DNA of 26,963 nt from a virus (IMGVR_UViG_3300020045_015196:1-26963); one strand, 5' to 3'. Counted from the stretch's first letter, positions 1 to 9,981 are shown. Translations and numbers: made by a program. Notes: generated by a model not told the origin, from the letters alone.

Positions 1-119
1 AGTTTATTCATATGTTCAACGTAATCAGTATAAATTATAAGTTTATATCTTATTGTAATATAATCTGGTATAATTCCTACTTTATATTCAATACTTTTCT
101 TTTGGTTTTGAAGTACAGA
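1..119 (-). CDS. Inverted internal fragment of the tail completion/terminator-like gene (no start or stop)
   Basis: The minus strand reads openly SVLQNQRKSIEYKVGIIPDYITIRYKLIIYTDYVEHMNK. From memory of this protein family, this is the segment that normally precedes the plus-strand ERFQFRA... fragment. The plus frame has stops at 61 and 109. Confidence 0.6.
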
Positions 120-321
120 AAGATTCCAATTTAGAGCAAGTATAGATTCATATCCAACTCCTATATCAGTAGAAAGTGGTGGTGATAGGGCTTCTAAATC
201 AGAAATGACTCTTACCCTAAAGGGTTATATAATTCCTAATACAGTAAATGTAAGTAATGCATCTCCTGTAGGTAAATCTTTTAATATCACTAAAATAGTA
301 ATTAAAGAAAGTATAAAATGA
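118..321 (+). CDS. C-terminal fragment of a tail completion/sheath-terminator (T4 gp15-like) protein
   Basis: Frame reads ERFQFRASIDSYPTPISVESGGDRASKSEMTLTLKGYIIPNTVNVSNASPVGKSFNITKIVIKESIK*. Its TGA (319-321) overlaps the next ATG (ATGA). Position is upstream of the tail genes. Family call is by recall of the 'L.GYIIP' motif. Confidence 0.55.
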   Translation, partial: ERFQFRASIDSYPTPISVESGGDRASKSEMTLTLKGYIIPNTVNVSNASPVGKSFNITKIVIKESIK

Positions 322-2399
322 CAAATATACAAGAGATAAATCAAAATCTTTTTAAAGTAGGGACAATGTCATTACAAAAAGGAGATTTTGATATAATATA
401 CTATTCTGTATACAGAGGTGGTATAGATAGTATTAATCTAAAAAATAAATATACTGGAGATCTTTTATTTTCTGATCCATTACATTATACAGACTTCACT
501 TATTCTAGTGGATCGTTCTCATCATTATATGATTTAGGAGAATACTTAGGTAATATAATTTCATATGCTAATACAGATTTAGAATCGTTAGCAACAACAG
601 GATCTAACAATTTTTATGGAGACCAATATATATCAGGAACATTAACCATGACAGGTCCTATATATGCAACATCCTCAAATGCAATATCATCCTCATATTC
701 TGTAAGTAGTTCTCGTGCTATTTCTTCAAGTTATTCCCAAAATTCAACTAGTTCGAGTTATGCTCTAAGTAGTTCATATTCGTTGAGTTCAAGTTATTCC
801 CAAAATTCAACTAGTTCGAGTTATGCACAATCCTCATCAAATTCAATAACATCTTCTTTCTCACTAAATACAACAAAAGATTTAACTATTATATCTGGAA
901 GCACAAACCCAGTTGTTGGAGGTATAGTATATGAAAAACTTCAAACAAAACAAACATTACCCACAGGATATGTTGGGGGACTTCAATTATCTGTAAATGC
1001 ATCAAATAGTGCTAGTTTTGATATAGCTCCTGGTGGGTATGTAATGACGGATTGGTCCAATATACTAAATATAACTAATACAATAGTACAAGTTGCAACA
1101 CCTATAACAGGAATAACTCCAACATATTTAGCTTCTTCTAATGCCACTTATATAGCACTAGACTTAAATAAAAATGTTATCCAAAGTTCATCCCCATTTA
1201 CAGACACAGATAGAAGAACTTTATGTCTAATAGGATCAGTAATTCATTCAAATCATATTTTCATTAATACTGTTAATGAAATAAAGGCCCCTATTATAGC
1301 TCCCACAAACCAATTACATGATTTCATCAAAGCTATAGGATTTTTAAATTTAGAAGGAAATACTTTCTCCCCATCAAATCCTTCAGTTGATATGTCTCTC
1401 CAAAAAAATGGAGGAAGAATATGGGGTTTAGGTATAAATGGTTCCAATTATTATGACCCCCATGTATTAACATTAGGAGCTCAAAGTTTAGTAACATTTA
1501 GAATAAGAAAATCTGATGGAACAGAAACATCTGATAAAAATGCATTATTAAATACAGATTTAGTTACTGAAAATACTATAACTCATGTATTAACTAGTAT
1601 ACCATCTAATAGATATGGAATATTTCATGGTACTTTATTTCAATCTGGAATAACTAGACTACAATACCCTCAGAATATATACACTACACTATCTGATGCT
1701 TTATCTAATATTGATAAAGAAACATATGTTGCTGAACAAAATATAATAGATAATGGTATATTTAGATTTTATTTAATAATACAGGGAACTTCAACTAATT
1801 TTAATGACCCTTTAAGATTTCAATTTGTTACAGCAGGAAAATTTGGAAATGTATTAGGTAATACTGGAGGAGCTATAACAAGTGATGCAATAATTGCAGC
1901 ATTAGGATACACTCCACAGGATATTGCATATAAAAGGAATGGAAGTTACATATATTCTCACTCAGGTTCAAATCAAAGTCATACAGCCTCTATAGAATCC
2001 ACATTAGTAAATAACTCGTCAGGATCATTTACAACAGGTTCTAACCCTACAGGAATAACATCCGTTTATAGCTCTAACACAAATAGATTAAATTTCTCCC
2101 AACTATCCTTAGGAGATATGTTAGATATTTCTTTAGATATAGAAGCTACTACAACCTCTATAAATCAAGTAGTAAGTGTAGAATTAGTATTAGCAGAGGG
2201 ACAACCTGAAGAATATAGATTAGCTTTTGTAGGAAACACTCAATATAGAGATATTGGAGTAAATAAAATAGTCCAATATTTAGGATTATTAATAAATACG
2301 AATGCTGTGAAGAATAACCCGGCAAAATTTGTTTTTAATTCAACTAATAATGCAACAGTAAAAGTAAATGGGTATTATTTAAAGATAACCCGTTATTAA
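318..2399 (+). CDS. Virion structural / tail fibre-like protein (693 aa), paralog 1
   Basis: S/T/N/G-rich, with SSSYS-type 7-aa repeats and an ALGYTP fibre-type motif. Shares a ~340-aa domain with the next ORF. Lies in the tail module. Confidence 0.6.
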   Translation: MTNIQEINQNLFKVGTMSLQKGDFDIIYYSVYRGGIDSINLKNKYTGDLLFSDPLHYTDFTYSSGSFSSLYDLGEYLGNIISYANTDLESLATTGSNNFYGDQYISGTLTMTGPIYATSSNAISSSYSVSSSRAISSSYSQNSTSSSYALSSSYSLSSSYSQNSTSSSYAQSSSNSITSSFSLNTTKDLTIISGSTNPVVGGIVYEKLQTKQTLPTGYVGGLQLSVNASNSASFDIAPGGYVMTDWSNILNITNTIVQVATPITGITPTYLASSNATYIALDLNKNVIQSSSPFTDTDRRTLCLIGSVIHSNHIFINTVNEIKAPIIAPTNQLHDFIKAIGFLNLEGNTFSPSNPSVDMSLQKNGGRIWGLGINGSNYYDPHVLTLGAQSLVTFRIRKSDGTETSDKNALLNTDLVTENTITHVLTSIPSNRYGIFHGTLFQSGITRLQYPQNIYTTLSDALSNIDKETYVAEQNIIDNGIFRFYLIIQGTSTNFNDPLRFQFVTAGKFGNVLGNTGGAITSDAIIAALGYTPQDIAYKRNGSYIYSHSGSNQSHTASIESTLVNNSSGSFTTGSNPTGITSVYSSNTNRLNFSQLSLGDMLDISLDIEATTTSINQVVSVELVLAEGQPEEYRLAFVGNTQYRDIGVNKIVQYLGLLINTNAVKNNPAKFVFNSTNNATVKVNGYYLKITRY
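725..826 (+). repeat. 39-bp exact direct repeat (63-bp period) inside the serine-rich repeat region
   Basis: TTCAAGTTATTCCCAAAATTCAACTAGTTCGAGTTATGC at 725-763 and 788-826, encoding SSYSQNSTSSSYA twice. Confidence 0.95.
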
Positions 2400-2442
2400 A
2401 TATAAATAATTTAATTATTAATATAGAAGATTAAAAACTTTA

Positions 2443-2451
2443 ATATTTATA
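2443..2451 (+). promoter_or_regulatory. Putative late promoter motif ATATTTATA
   Basis: Intergenic, 12 nt before ATG 2464. The same motif precedes several structural genes. Confidence 0.55.
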
Positions 2452-2463
2452 CTAAAAATATAT

Positions 2464-4785
2464 ATGAAAATATCTAAATCGGGGATTGCTCCTCATCAAG
2501 TAATAAAATCCGATCATTTGTTGCGTATAATAAATGCATTAGATGGAACTACACCCAATTCTGAGATAGAAGTCAATGGAAGTGTTACAGCGTCTAGTTT
2601 TATTGGAGACGGATCAGAAATAACAGGTATAGTTAGTTCATCATATTCTGAAAATACTAAAGTAGATTACACTATAATATCTGGTAGTAATAATCCTATA
2701 ACTTCAAATGCTGTTAGAGAAGGACTATCAGCAAAACAAAGCTCCCCCACAGGTTTTATCGAAGGTCTTCCCTTATCTATTAAACCTGGAGATGATACTA
2801 AAGGATTAATAGGAACTGGTTCTTATATAGTAACAGACTATACAGATATAAATAATATAATAGCCCATATAAGATATGTAGAAACTCCAATAGAATTTAC
2901 TCCTCAATACATGAGTTCTAGTGTAGCTTCATATATAGCACTAGATCTTGAAGGAGATGTTGTTCAATCTGCTAGTCCTTTTGATAATGATTCTAGAAGA
3001 ACATTAGCTCTAATAGGAGCTACTATACATTCAAATCATACTACTATTAATGCCGTAAATGAAATAAAAGCCCCTATATTAGCAGACACAAATCAATTAC
3101 ATGATTTCATGAAAGCTATAGGAAGTTTAAATATAAATGGTAATATATATTTTCCTACAGGTTCAAATTTAAACATACATAAAACATCTGGAGAAATATG
3201 GGGTTTAGGTATAAATGCTCATGATTTTGGAGACCCTCATAGATTATTTATAGAAGAACAAACAACCCAAACTTTTAGATACAGATTAAGAGATGTATCC
3301 TTCCCTAATGGAGAAAGCGCTGATACTACTAATATAGATCCAAATTTTTACGATCTAAATGGGGTTAAAACAGCAGTTCCAAGTGGAAGCTATACTACTC
3401 AACATATTACTTTATTCCAATCTGGAGATTGTATAATACAATACGGACAGACTTTATATAGTAATTTATCTGACGCAAAGGTATTCATACAAACCCAAGA
3501 TTATATAGCAGAAGCTAATGTTGCTGAAAATGGAATTCTTAGAACATATCTAATAGTTAAATCAGGTACAACAAGTTTAACAAATTCATCAGATTGTGAA
3601 TTCATTCCTGTAGATAAATTTGGGAATGTTGTTGGTGGAGCTGGGGTATCTTTAACTTATTCTACTATTATATCTGGATTGGGTTATACACCTGAAAATG
3701 TTCTTAATAAACAAAACAATTTTACCCCAGATGGAACGGGACAAAAATATGCCACTATAGATGTTATTAATAGTCTTAGAACATCAATAAGTAGTTCAGT
3801 ATTCCCAGATACTTTCACCAAAATATCTCCAATAATTCCAACAGGAAGTTTAATAAATATAGGAGTATCAGATTTTATATGGAGAATAAATCAAAATATT
3901 TATACTAATACATCTTCTTATTCTACAACAATAGCAACAGCATCTGCAGATTATAATAGGATAGATATAATAGTAGCAAATACTTCAAGTTATTATCAAA
4001 AAATCCAAGGAACGGAAAATTCATCATCAGCGGTTTTTCCTACTATTCCTAGTGGTACTTTATTAGTAACTTCTATAAATGTTTTTGGTAGTAATATAGC
4101 ATCACCTACACCACCATCAACTGTTGATTATATTTTAAAATCCTCAAAATCCGAATTATTAATTCCAACAACTGGAGTTATTAATACTATAGAGGTTGAT
4201 GAAATATCTACAATTAGATTTACTGGAGCTAGTGTAACAGTACCTTACCTTAAAAAAACAATTAATTCTGGTTCTTTATATGATGGAAAAGAATTTACTT
4301 TTATATACCAAGGAACAGGATCATTGACCTTTTCACATAGTCAATCATTATCTGGTTCAATATCTTTCTATAATGGAAGCGGATTATCTGAATCATATTC
4401 ACCTAATGAAATAGTTAAGTATAGATATAGTTATTCAAGAAATCGTCTTGAAAGTATATCTAGACGTAATATAAATCAAATAAGATTAACTACTTCTTCA
4501 AGTATAACGACTTTAACTACTTCCCAAAGTATAGGACAACATGGAAAAAATGTTATTCTAGACAACGGAGCTTCAGCAATAAATTTAACAACTGATATAA
4601 ATTCAGAACCAGATTTCGTTGCCTCCTATTTAAAACATGGAGCCAGTACTATTACATTTTTAGCAGGATCTGGATCAACATTAATATCAGTAGATAACAC
4701 TTCCGCACTGACTGGAGCGGTAGGTAGTACTGCTACTTTAAGTAGAGTTAGTAATGCTTTTTATTTAAGAATTTCAAACGCATAA
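2464..4785 (+). CDS. Virion structural / tail fibre-like protein (773 aa), paralog 2
   Basis: N-terminal GSVTASSFIGDGS motif. Central domain homologous to the 318-2399 product (IHSNH..IN.VNEIKAPI.A.TNQLHDF.KAIG; G.IWGLGIN; LGYTP). Different beta-rich C-terminus. Confidence 0.6.
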   Translation: MKISKSGIAPHQVIKSDHLLRIINALDGTTPNSEIEVNGSVTASSFIGDGSEITGIVSSSYSENTKVDYTIISGSNNPITSNAVREGLSAKQSSPTGFIEGLPLSIKPGDDTKGLIGTGSYIVTDYTDINNIIAHIRYVETPIEFTPQYMSSSVASYIALDLEGDVVQSASPFDNDSRRTLALIGATIHSNHTTINAVNEIKAPILADTNQLHDFMKAIGSLNINGNIYFPTGSNLNIHKTSGEIWGLGINAHDFGDPHRLFIEEQTTQTFRYRLRDVSFPNGESADTTNIDPNFYDLNGVKTAVPSGSYTTQHITLFQSGDCIIQYGQTLYSNLSDAKVFIQTQDYIAEANVAENGILRTYLIVKSGTTSLTNSSDCEFIPVDKFGNVVGGAGVSLTYSTIISGLGYTPENVLNKQNNFTPDGTGQKYATIDVINSLRTSISSSVFPDTFTKISPIIPTGSLINIGVSDFIWRINQNIYTNTSSYSTTIATASADYNRIDIIVANTSSYYQKIQGTENSSSAVFPTIPSGTLLVTSINVFGSNIASPTPPSTVDYILKSSKSELLIPTTGVINTIEVDEISTIRFTGASVTVPYLKKTINSGSLYDGKEFTFIYQGTGSLTFSHSQSLSGSISFYNGSGLSESYSPNEIVKYRYSYSRNRLESISRRNINQIRLTTSSSITTLTTSQSIGQHGKNVILDNGASAINLTTDINSEPDFVASYLKHGASTITFLAGSGSTLISVDNTSALTGAVGSTATLSRVSNAFYLRISNA

Positions 4786-4786
4786 T

Positions 4787-7276
4787 ATGTTTAATCCAAC
4801 ACAATTTTACGAATTCGGAAAACAAAGAACCCCTTTTGAAAGTACGTGGAAGACAGATAATACTTCAACAGGTTCCAGTGCCGCTACACAAGTAAAACTT
4901 CCCTTAATATCTACAGGAACATATTCTATGAATGTGAATTGGGGTGATGGAACTTCTAGTAATATTACTACTGCTACTTATAACACAGCTAATACACATA
5001 CTTATTCTATAGCGGGGACTTATATTATAAAAATTACAGGAATATGTACTGGTTGGCAATTTAATAATATTGGTGATAAACTCAAAATATTATCTATAGC
5101 ATCTTGGGGTGGACTAAAATTAACAAACAATACTGGTTGTTTCTATGGATGTTCTAATTTGAGTTTATCATCAGTAACAGATATATTAGGTTTAACAGGA
5201 ATAACTACACTAAATAGTCTTTTTCTTGGATGCACAAATTTGACTACTATAAATAGAATTACCGAATGGAATACTTCTAATATAACAAATATGGCTTCAA
5301 TGTTTCATTTATGTAGTAATTTTAATCAGAATGTAGGCACTCTAAATATATCTAATGTGGTAAATTTTGATTCCATGTTTAGGCAGTGTAATTTATTCAA
5401 TAATGGAGGAAGCTCAGATATCAATAATTGGTCTATTAAAATATCTGGTAGTATCATTATGAGTAATATGTTTGTAAGCTCTATTGCATTTAACCAACCA
5501 TTAAATAATTGGAATACTTCTGCGGTAATAGACATGACTTCAATGTTTAATGGAGCATCAACATTCAATAATGGGTTGGCATCAGGAGTTGCAGGAAATA
5601 TGTTATGGGATACTTCTACAGTAGGAACTACGAATAGCATGTTTATCAATGCAACCTCGTTTAATCAAAACTTGGGTTCACTGAATTTACCTGTTTGTGT
5701 CGATTTTACTAGTATGTTTCAAGGAGCTAATAAGTATAACAACGGAGGAAGCACTAGTATTAACAGTTGGGCTTTGAAAACAACCGCAGGAGCTATTAAC
5801 ATGACCAGCATCTTTAATGGTGCAATACTGTTTAATCAGCCATTAAGTAGTTGGAATACAAGCCAAGTAACAAATATGACTAGTATGTTTAGTGGTACAT
5901 CAGCATTCAATAACGGGATGGCATCGGGAGCATCTGGTGGTACCATGCTTTGGAATATGTCAGCCGTTACTACAACTAGTAGCATGTTTACTAATGCAAC
6001 CTCGTTTAATCAGGATTTTGGAGTATTAAATTTACCAGTATGTACCGATTTTTCAAACATGTTTAATGGTGCTACTAAGTTTAATAACGGATTAGGCGCT
6101 GGAGTTACTGGTGGTACTATGTCATGGACAATAAATACTACAACATCAGTTAATATGTTTGGTATGTTTTACAATGCAACAGTATTTAACCAAAATATTT
6201 CAAGTTGGAATTTATCAAAAGTAACATCAACATCATATATGTTTGGTACTGCTACTACTAATAATTTTAACAATGGATTAGGTTCTGGAGTTGTTGGAAA
6301 TATGGTTTGGGATTTGTCAGTTGTTACAACGGTCAGTAATATGTTTTTAAACGCTACTTCTTTTAATCAAAATTTAGGAGTTTTAAATTTGTCCAATTGT
6401 TCAGATTTAAATAGTATGTTTAGTGGCGCTACTAAATTCAATAATGGTGGAAGCTCGGACATTAATAATTGGACTCTTAAGACTACTGGAGCCATAGGTC
6501 TTTATCAAGCTTTTCAATTTGCTAATGCATTTAATCAACCATTAAATAATTGGGATATATCTGCATGTAATAATCTTTCTAGAATGTTTGAAGCAGCTAC
6601 TATATTTAATAATGGACTAGCAAATGGTGTTGCAGGAAACTTATTATGGAATACAGCTAATGTTACTAATATGGTTGCCATGTTTTCTGGTACACAAGCT
6701 TTTAATCAAAATATTGGTACTTGGAATGTATCTAACGTTAATCTGTTTAACGCAATGTTTAGTGCAGCTGTTAAGTTTAATAATGGAGGTAGTGATAGTA
6801 TAAAGAATTGGACTTTAAAAACAACAGGTACGGTAATTCTTAACGCCATGTTTCGAGCTACTGGAGCATTTAATCAACCAATTGATCCTTGGAATACTAT
6901 TGCGGTTACTGATATGGGTGGGATGTTTAATGGTTCGGTTTTTAATCAACCTTTAAGTGGTTGGAATGTAGCTAATGTTACTGATATGTCGAGTATGTTT
7001 GGACTCTTTGGAGGGTCTGCACTATTTAATCAAGATATAGGAAATTGGAATGTATCTAATGTTACCAGTTTTACTAATTTTATGAATGGAGCAAATCCAT
7101 CAATATTTTCAACTGCAAATCTTGATGCTATTTATAATGGATGGAGTACAAGACCAGTTATATCAGGTAGGAGTATATCATTTGGTTCAGCTAAATATAC
7201 GGCAGGAGCAAGTGCAGGAAGAGCGATATTGACAGGCGCTCCAAACTTATGGAGTATTACTGATGGAGGAATATAA
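4787..7276 (+). CDS. PKD-like domain + DUF285/BspA-like (W..S.V..M..MF....FNQ) surface-repeat protein, probable adhesin or receptor-binding protein
   Basis: N-terminal VNWGDGT...HTYSIAGTYIIKITG (PKD-like), followed by about 21 units of the 25-35-aa FNQ/FNN...W...MF repeat. Confidence 0.85.
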   Translation: MFNPTQFYEFGKQRTPFESTWKTDNTSTGSSAATQVKLPLISTGTYSMNVNWGDGTSSNITTATYNTANTHTYSIAGTYIIKITGICTGWQFNNIGDKLKILSIASWGGLKLTNNTGCFYGCSNLSLSSVTDILGLTGITTLNSLFLGCTNLTTINRITEWNTSNITNMASMFHLCSNFNQNVGTLNISNVVNFDSMFRQCNLFNNGGSSDINNWSIKISGSIIMSNMFVSSIAFNQPLNNWNTSAVIDMTSMFNGASTFNNGLASGVAGNMLWDTSTVGTTNSMFINATSFNQNLGSLNLPVCVDFTSMFQGANKYNNGGSTSINSWALKTTAGAINMTSIFNGAILFNQPLSSWNTSQVTNMTSMFSGTSAFNNGMASGASGGTMLWNMSAVTTTSSMFTNATSFNQDFGVLNLPVCTDFSNMFNGATKFNNGLGAGVTGGTMSWTINTTTSVNMFGMFYNATVFNQNISSWNLSKVTSTSYMFGTATTNNFNNGLGSGVVGNMVWDLSVVTTVSNMFLNATSFNQNLGVLNLSNCSDLNSMFSGATKFNNGGSSDINNWTLKTTGAIGLYQAFQFANAFNQPLNNWDISACNNLSRMFEAATIFNNGLANGVAGNLLWNTANVTNMVAMFSGTQAFNQNIGTWNVSNVNLFNAMFSAAVKFNNGGSDSIKNWTLKTTGTVILNAMFRATGAFNQPIDPWNTIAVTDMGGMFNGSVFNQPLSGWNVANVTDMSSMFGLFGGSALFNQDIGNWNVSNVTSFTNFMNGANPSIFSTANLDAIYNGWSTRPVISGRSISFGSAKYTAGASAGRAILTGAPNLWSITDGGI

Positions 7277-7296
7277 ATAAATTAAAACAAAATATA

Positions 7297-7647
7297 ATGA
7301 TTCAAAAACAAACAAAATCCCAATTTCCTATATTAGATAAAAGAAATAAAGTAATAGGAAATTATATAATATATTTAAAAGTAGAAGATATATCTTTTAA
7401 TGAAAGTAATGTTAATGTAAACGGATATTACTATTATATAAATGAAGATAGTAGTATTTATATGTTAGATAGATTTAATAGAAATTTATTATGGGAACAA
7501 ATAGAAAATGTTGAATTGTCTTTACAACCTTTAGATACAATTAGTTTAAAAGAAGCTATGAATCAAAGAATTGGAGAATTCACTGATATCCAACTTATGT
7601 TAGAAAGTGGAGAGAATTATGGTACAACTTATGAAGATTGGGAATAA
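7297..7647 (+). CDS. Hypothetical protein (116 aa), possibly fibre-associated
   Basis: ORF with A-rich leader directly after the repeat protein; acidic C-terminus. Confidence 0.6.
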   Translation: MIQKQTKSQFPILDKRNKVIGNYIIYLKVEDISFNESNVNVNGYYYYINEDSSIYMLDRFNRNLLWEQIENVELSLQPLDTISLKEAMNQRIGEFTDIQLMLESGENYGTTYEDWE

Positions 7648-8028
7648 ATGGGTTTTCTTTTATATATAATAGGTGCTATTTTATTTTTACCATTAACATT
7701 TCTAGATCTTTTAGTTGTAATATATAAAAACATAAAAACTAAAGATTTTTTCCAATCCACAAATGATTATTTTTTTGAAGGAGCAGAGGATTTAGACAAA
7801 TATGCCAATTGGAAATTTAAAACATTATGGAATGTTATGCTTAAAACTAAAGGAGGTTATGATTTTGGGAATATAGAAGAAACAATAAGCTCTGCTTTAG
7901 GAAAAAATCAAAGAGATAACACTCTTTCAATAGTAGGGTGGATAGTTGTAATTATTTTGTATATTATAGATATTCCATATTGGTTTAAAGGAGGACACTG
8001 TATGAATTCAATAAATAATAAAATATAA
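7648..8028 (+). CDS. Small membrane protein (two hydrophobic segments; ETISSALGKN motif)
   Basis: Hydrophobic MGFLLYIIGAILFLPLTFLDLLVVIY and SIVGWIVVIILYIIDI segments; abuts the upstream stop codon. Confidence 0.7.
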   Translation: MGFLLYIIGAILFLPLTFLDLLVVIYKNIKTKDFFQSTNDYFFEGAEDLDKYANWKFKTLWNVMLKTKGGYDFGNIEETISSALGKNQRDNTLSIVGWIVVIILYIIDIPYWFKGGHCMNSINNKI

Positions 8029-8030
8029 TT

Positions 8031-8267
8031 ATGAAAAAAATAGAACAACAAGAATTAGAACAATTAAAAGAAATCCAATCAAAATCTCAAGATATAATAA
8101 TAGAACTGGGGGATATATCTTATGGTGAAATAATGCTAAAAAAACGTAAAATTAATATAGAATCTAGATTAATTACTTTACAAGATGAAGAAAAAACTTT
8201 ACAAGAATACCTGATAAAAAAATATGGGGATAATATAAGTATTAATATAGAAGATGGGAGTTATTAA
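8031..8267 (+). CDS. Hypothetical coiled-coil protein (78 aa)
   Basis: E/Q/K/L-rich heptad pattern; lies just before the sheath gene. Confidence 0.7.
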   Translation: MKKIEQQELEQLKEIQSKSQDIIIELGDISYGEIMLKKRKINIESRLITLQDEEKTLQEYLIKKYGDNISINIEDGSY

Positions 8268-8293
8268 TTTCCGTATTTTATAAGAACAGGTTA

Positions 8294-8302
8294 ATATTTA
8301 TA
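8294..8302 (+). promoter_or_regulatory. Putative late promoter motif ATATTTATA upstream of the tail sheath gene
   Basis: Intergenic, 32 nt before ATG 8335. Confidence 0.55.
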
Positions 8303-8334
8303 TGTAAATAAAACTTAATAAAATATAAAACGAT

Positions 8335-9981
8335 ATGAGTGAATCTCTTCTTTCTCCAGGTGTATTAACCAGAGAAAACAACACTTCCCAAATAGTACAA
8401 GGACCCCAAACTGCAGGAGCTGCAATTATAGGTCCAACAGTTAAAGGCCCAGTAAACATCCCAACCTTAACAACTTCATATAGTGATTACATATCTAAGT
8501 TTGGAGGAGCCTTTGATAATGGTTCTACAACTAATGAATATTTAACATCTATATCAGCTTATAACTATTTCCAACAGGGGGGAGATACATTATTAGTAAC
8601 TAGAGTTGTATCTGGAACTTTTGCACCAGCATATTCAACTCCAATATTAAATTCCCTTGCTAGTTCTTCATTTGTAATAGAAACTATATCAGCTGGAGCT
8701 TTAATGAATAGTTCAGGTTCTGAAACTACAAATGGGGCTTTAGTAAGTGGTACCCAAGATAATTATAGATGGGAAATACCTTCTGTTAATGTAGCAAATG
8801 GTACTTTTAATTTATTAGTAAGACAGGGAAGTGATAATAGTACAACAAAAACAATTCTAGAAACTTGGCCTAATTTATCTTTAGACCCAAATTCACCAAA
8901 TTATATAGCTGCTGTTATTGGTAATCAAGTATCTACAGTAATTGATGGGTATGTTGATGTCTCTGGGGATTATACTAATAAAAGTAGATATATAAGAGTA
9001 AAACAAGTAGATAGTCCTACATTAAATTATTTCGATAATAATGGTGTTGCAAAATCTGCATATACAAGTTCTATTCCAACTATATCTAGTGGTACATTTG
9101 GTAGCGCAACGGGAAATTTATCTTCTATATATGGTTTAGGGTCAAACGATTATACAGCATCTATAAATATTTTATCAAATAAAGATGAATACCAATTTGA
9201 TGTAATCACAACTCCAGGTTTAACTCACTCTAGCCATAGTGTCGCCGTTACATTATTAACATCTGTTGTTCAAGATAGAGGAGACGCAATAGCAATTATA
9301 GATCTTACAGATAAGGGAGCTAGTGTTTCTTCTGCAGTATCAGAAGCAGCCGAAGTAGATAATTCTTATTCTGCTGCATATTACCCTTGGGTACAAGTAA
9401 ATGCTCCAAATACTGGAAAATTAACATGGGTACCACCTTCAACTATAATTCCATCTGTATATGCATATAATGATGCAGTAGGAGCTGAATGGTTTGCTCC
9501 CGCAGGTTTTAGAAGAGGAGGTATTTCAATTGTACAAACAGAAAAAAAATTAAGACCAACAGATAGAGATACTTTATATCAAGGTAAAGTAAACCCAATT
9601 GCTACTTTCCCAGGACAAGGTAATGTAGTATACGGACAAAAAACACTAATATCTAAACCTTCTGCATTAGATAGAATTAATGTAAGAAGATTATTAATTG
9701 AACTTAAACGTTATATTGGTCAGATAGGTAATACACTTGTGTTTGAAAATAATACAATAGCAACTAGAAATAGTTTCTTATCTCAAGTAAGACCATATTT
9801 AGATTCAATTCAGCAAAAAGATGGATTATATGCTTATAAAGTTGTAATGGATGATACTAATAATACTAGTGATACTATCGATAGAAATCAATTAATAGGT
9901 CAAATTTGGGTTCAGCCTGCTAAGAGTATAGAATTTGTAATATTAGACTTTAATGTAACTGCAACCGGTTCTACATTTTAA
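8335..9981 (+). CDS. Contractile tail sheath protein (T4 gp18-like)
   Basis: Hallmark sheath motifs LSPGV..RE, Y(Y)PWV, WFAPAG..RG, LY..KVNPI..FPGQG.VV.GQKTL, SALDRINVRRL, VFE.N, P.KSIEF. Confidence 0.97.
   Translation: MSESLLSPGVLTRENNTSQIVQGPQTAGAAIIGPTVKGPVNIPTLTTSYSDYISKFGGAFDNGSTTNEYLTSISAYNYFQQGGDTLLVTRVVSGTFAPAYSTPILNSLASSSFVIETISAGALMNSSGSETTNGALVSGTQDNYRWEIPSVNVANGTFNLLVRQGSDNSTTKTILETWPNLSLDPNSPNYIAAVIGNQVSTVIDGYVDVSGDYTNKSRYIRVKQVDSPTLNYFDNNGVAKSAYTSSIPTISSGTFGSATGNLSSIYGLGSNDYTASINILSNKDEYQFDVITTPGLTHSSHSVAVTLLTSVVQDRGDAIAIIDLTDKGASVSSAVSEAAEVDNSYSAAYYPWVQVNAPNTGKLTWVPPSTIIPSVYAYNDAVGAEWFAPAGFRRGGISIVQTEKKLRPTDRDTLYQGKVNPIATFPGQGNVVYGQKTLISKPSALDRINVRRLLIELKRYIGQIGNTLVFENNTIATRNSFLSQVRPYLDSIQQKDGLYAYKVVMDDTNNTSDTIDRNQLIGQIWVQPAKSIEFVILDFNVTATGSTF

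Noticed and set aside
2401-2408. Exact T4 late promoter TATAAATA (also at 23915-23922)
   Set aside because: Only sporadic, expected by chance in AT-rich intergenic DNA, and not consistently placed before structural genes, unlike ATATTTATA.
4787-7276. Diversity-generating retroelement target (many AAT/AAC codons in a repeat protein)
   Set aside because: No reverse transcriptase in the window, and no near-identical template/variable repeat pair differing only at adenines was seen.
7648-8028. Holin call for the two-TM membrane protein
   Set aside because: No adjacent endolysin or spanin and no recognisable holin family motif; left as a membrane protein of unknown function.
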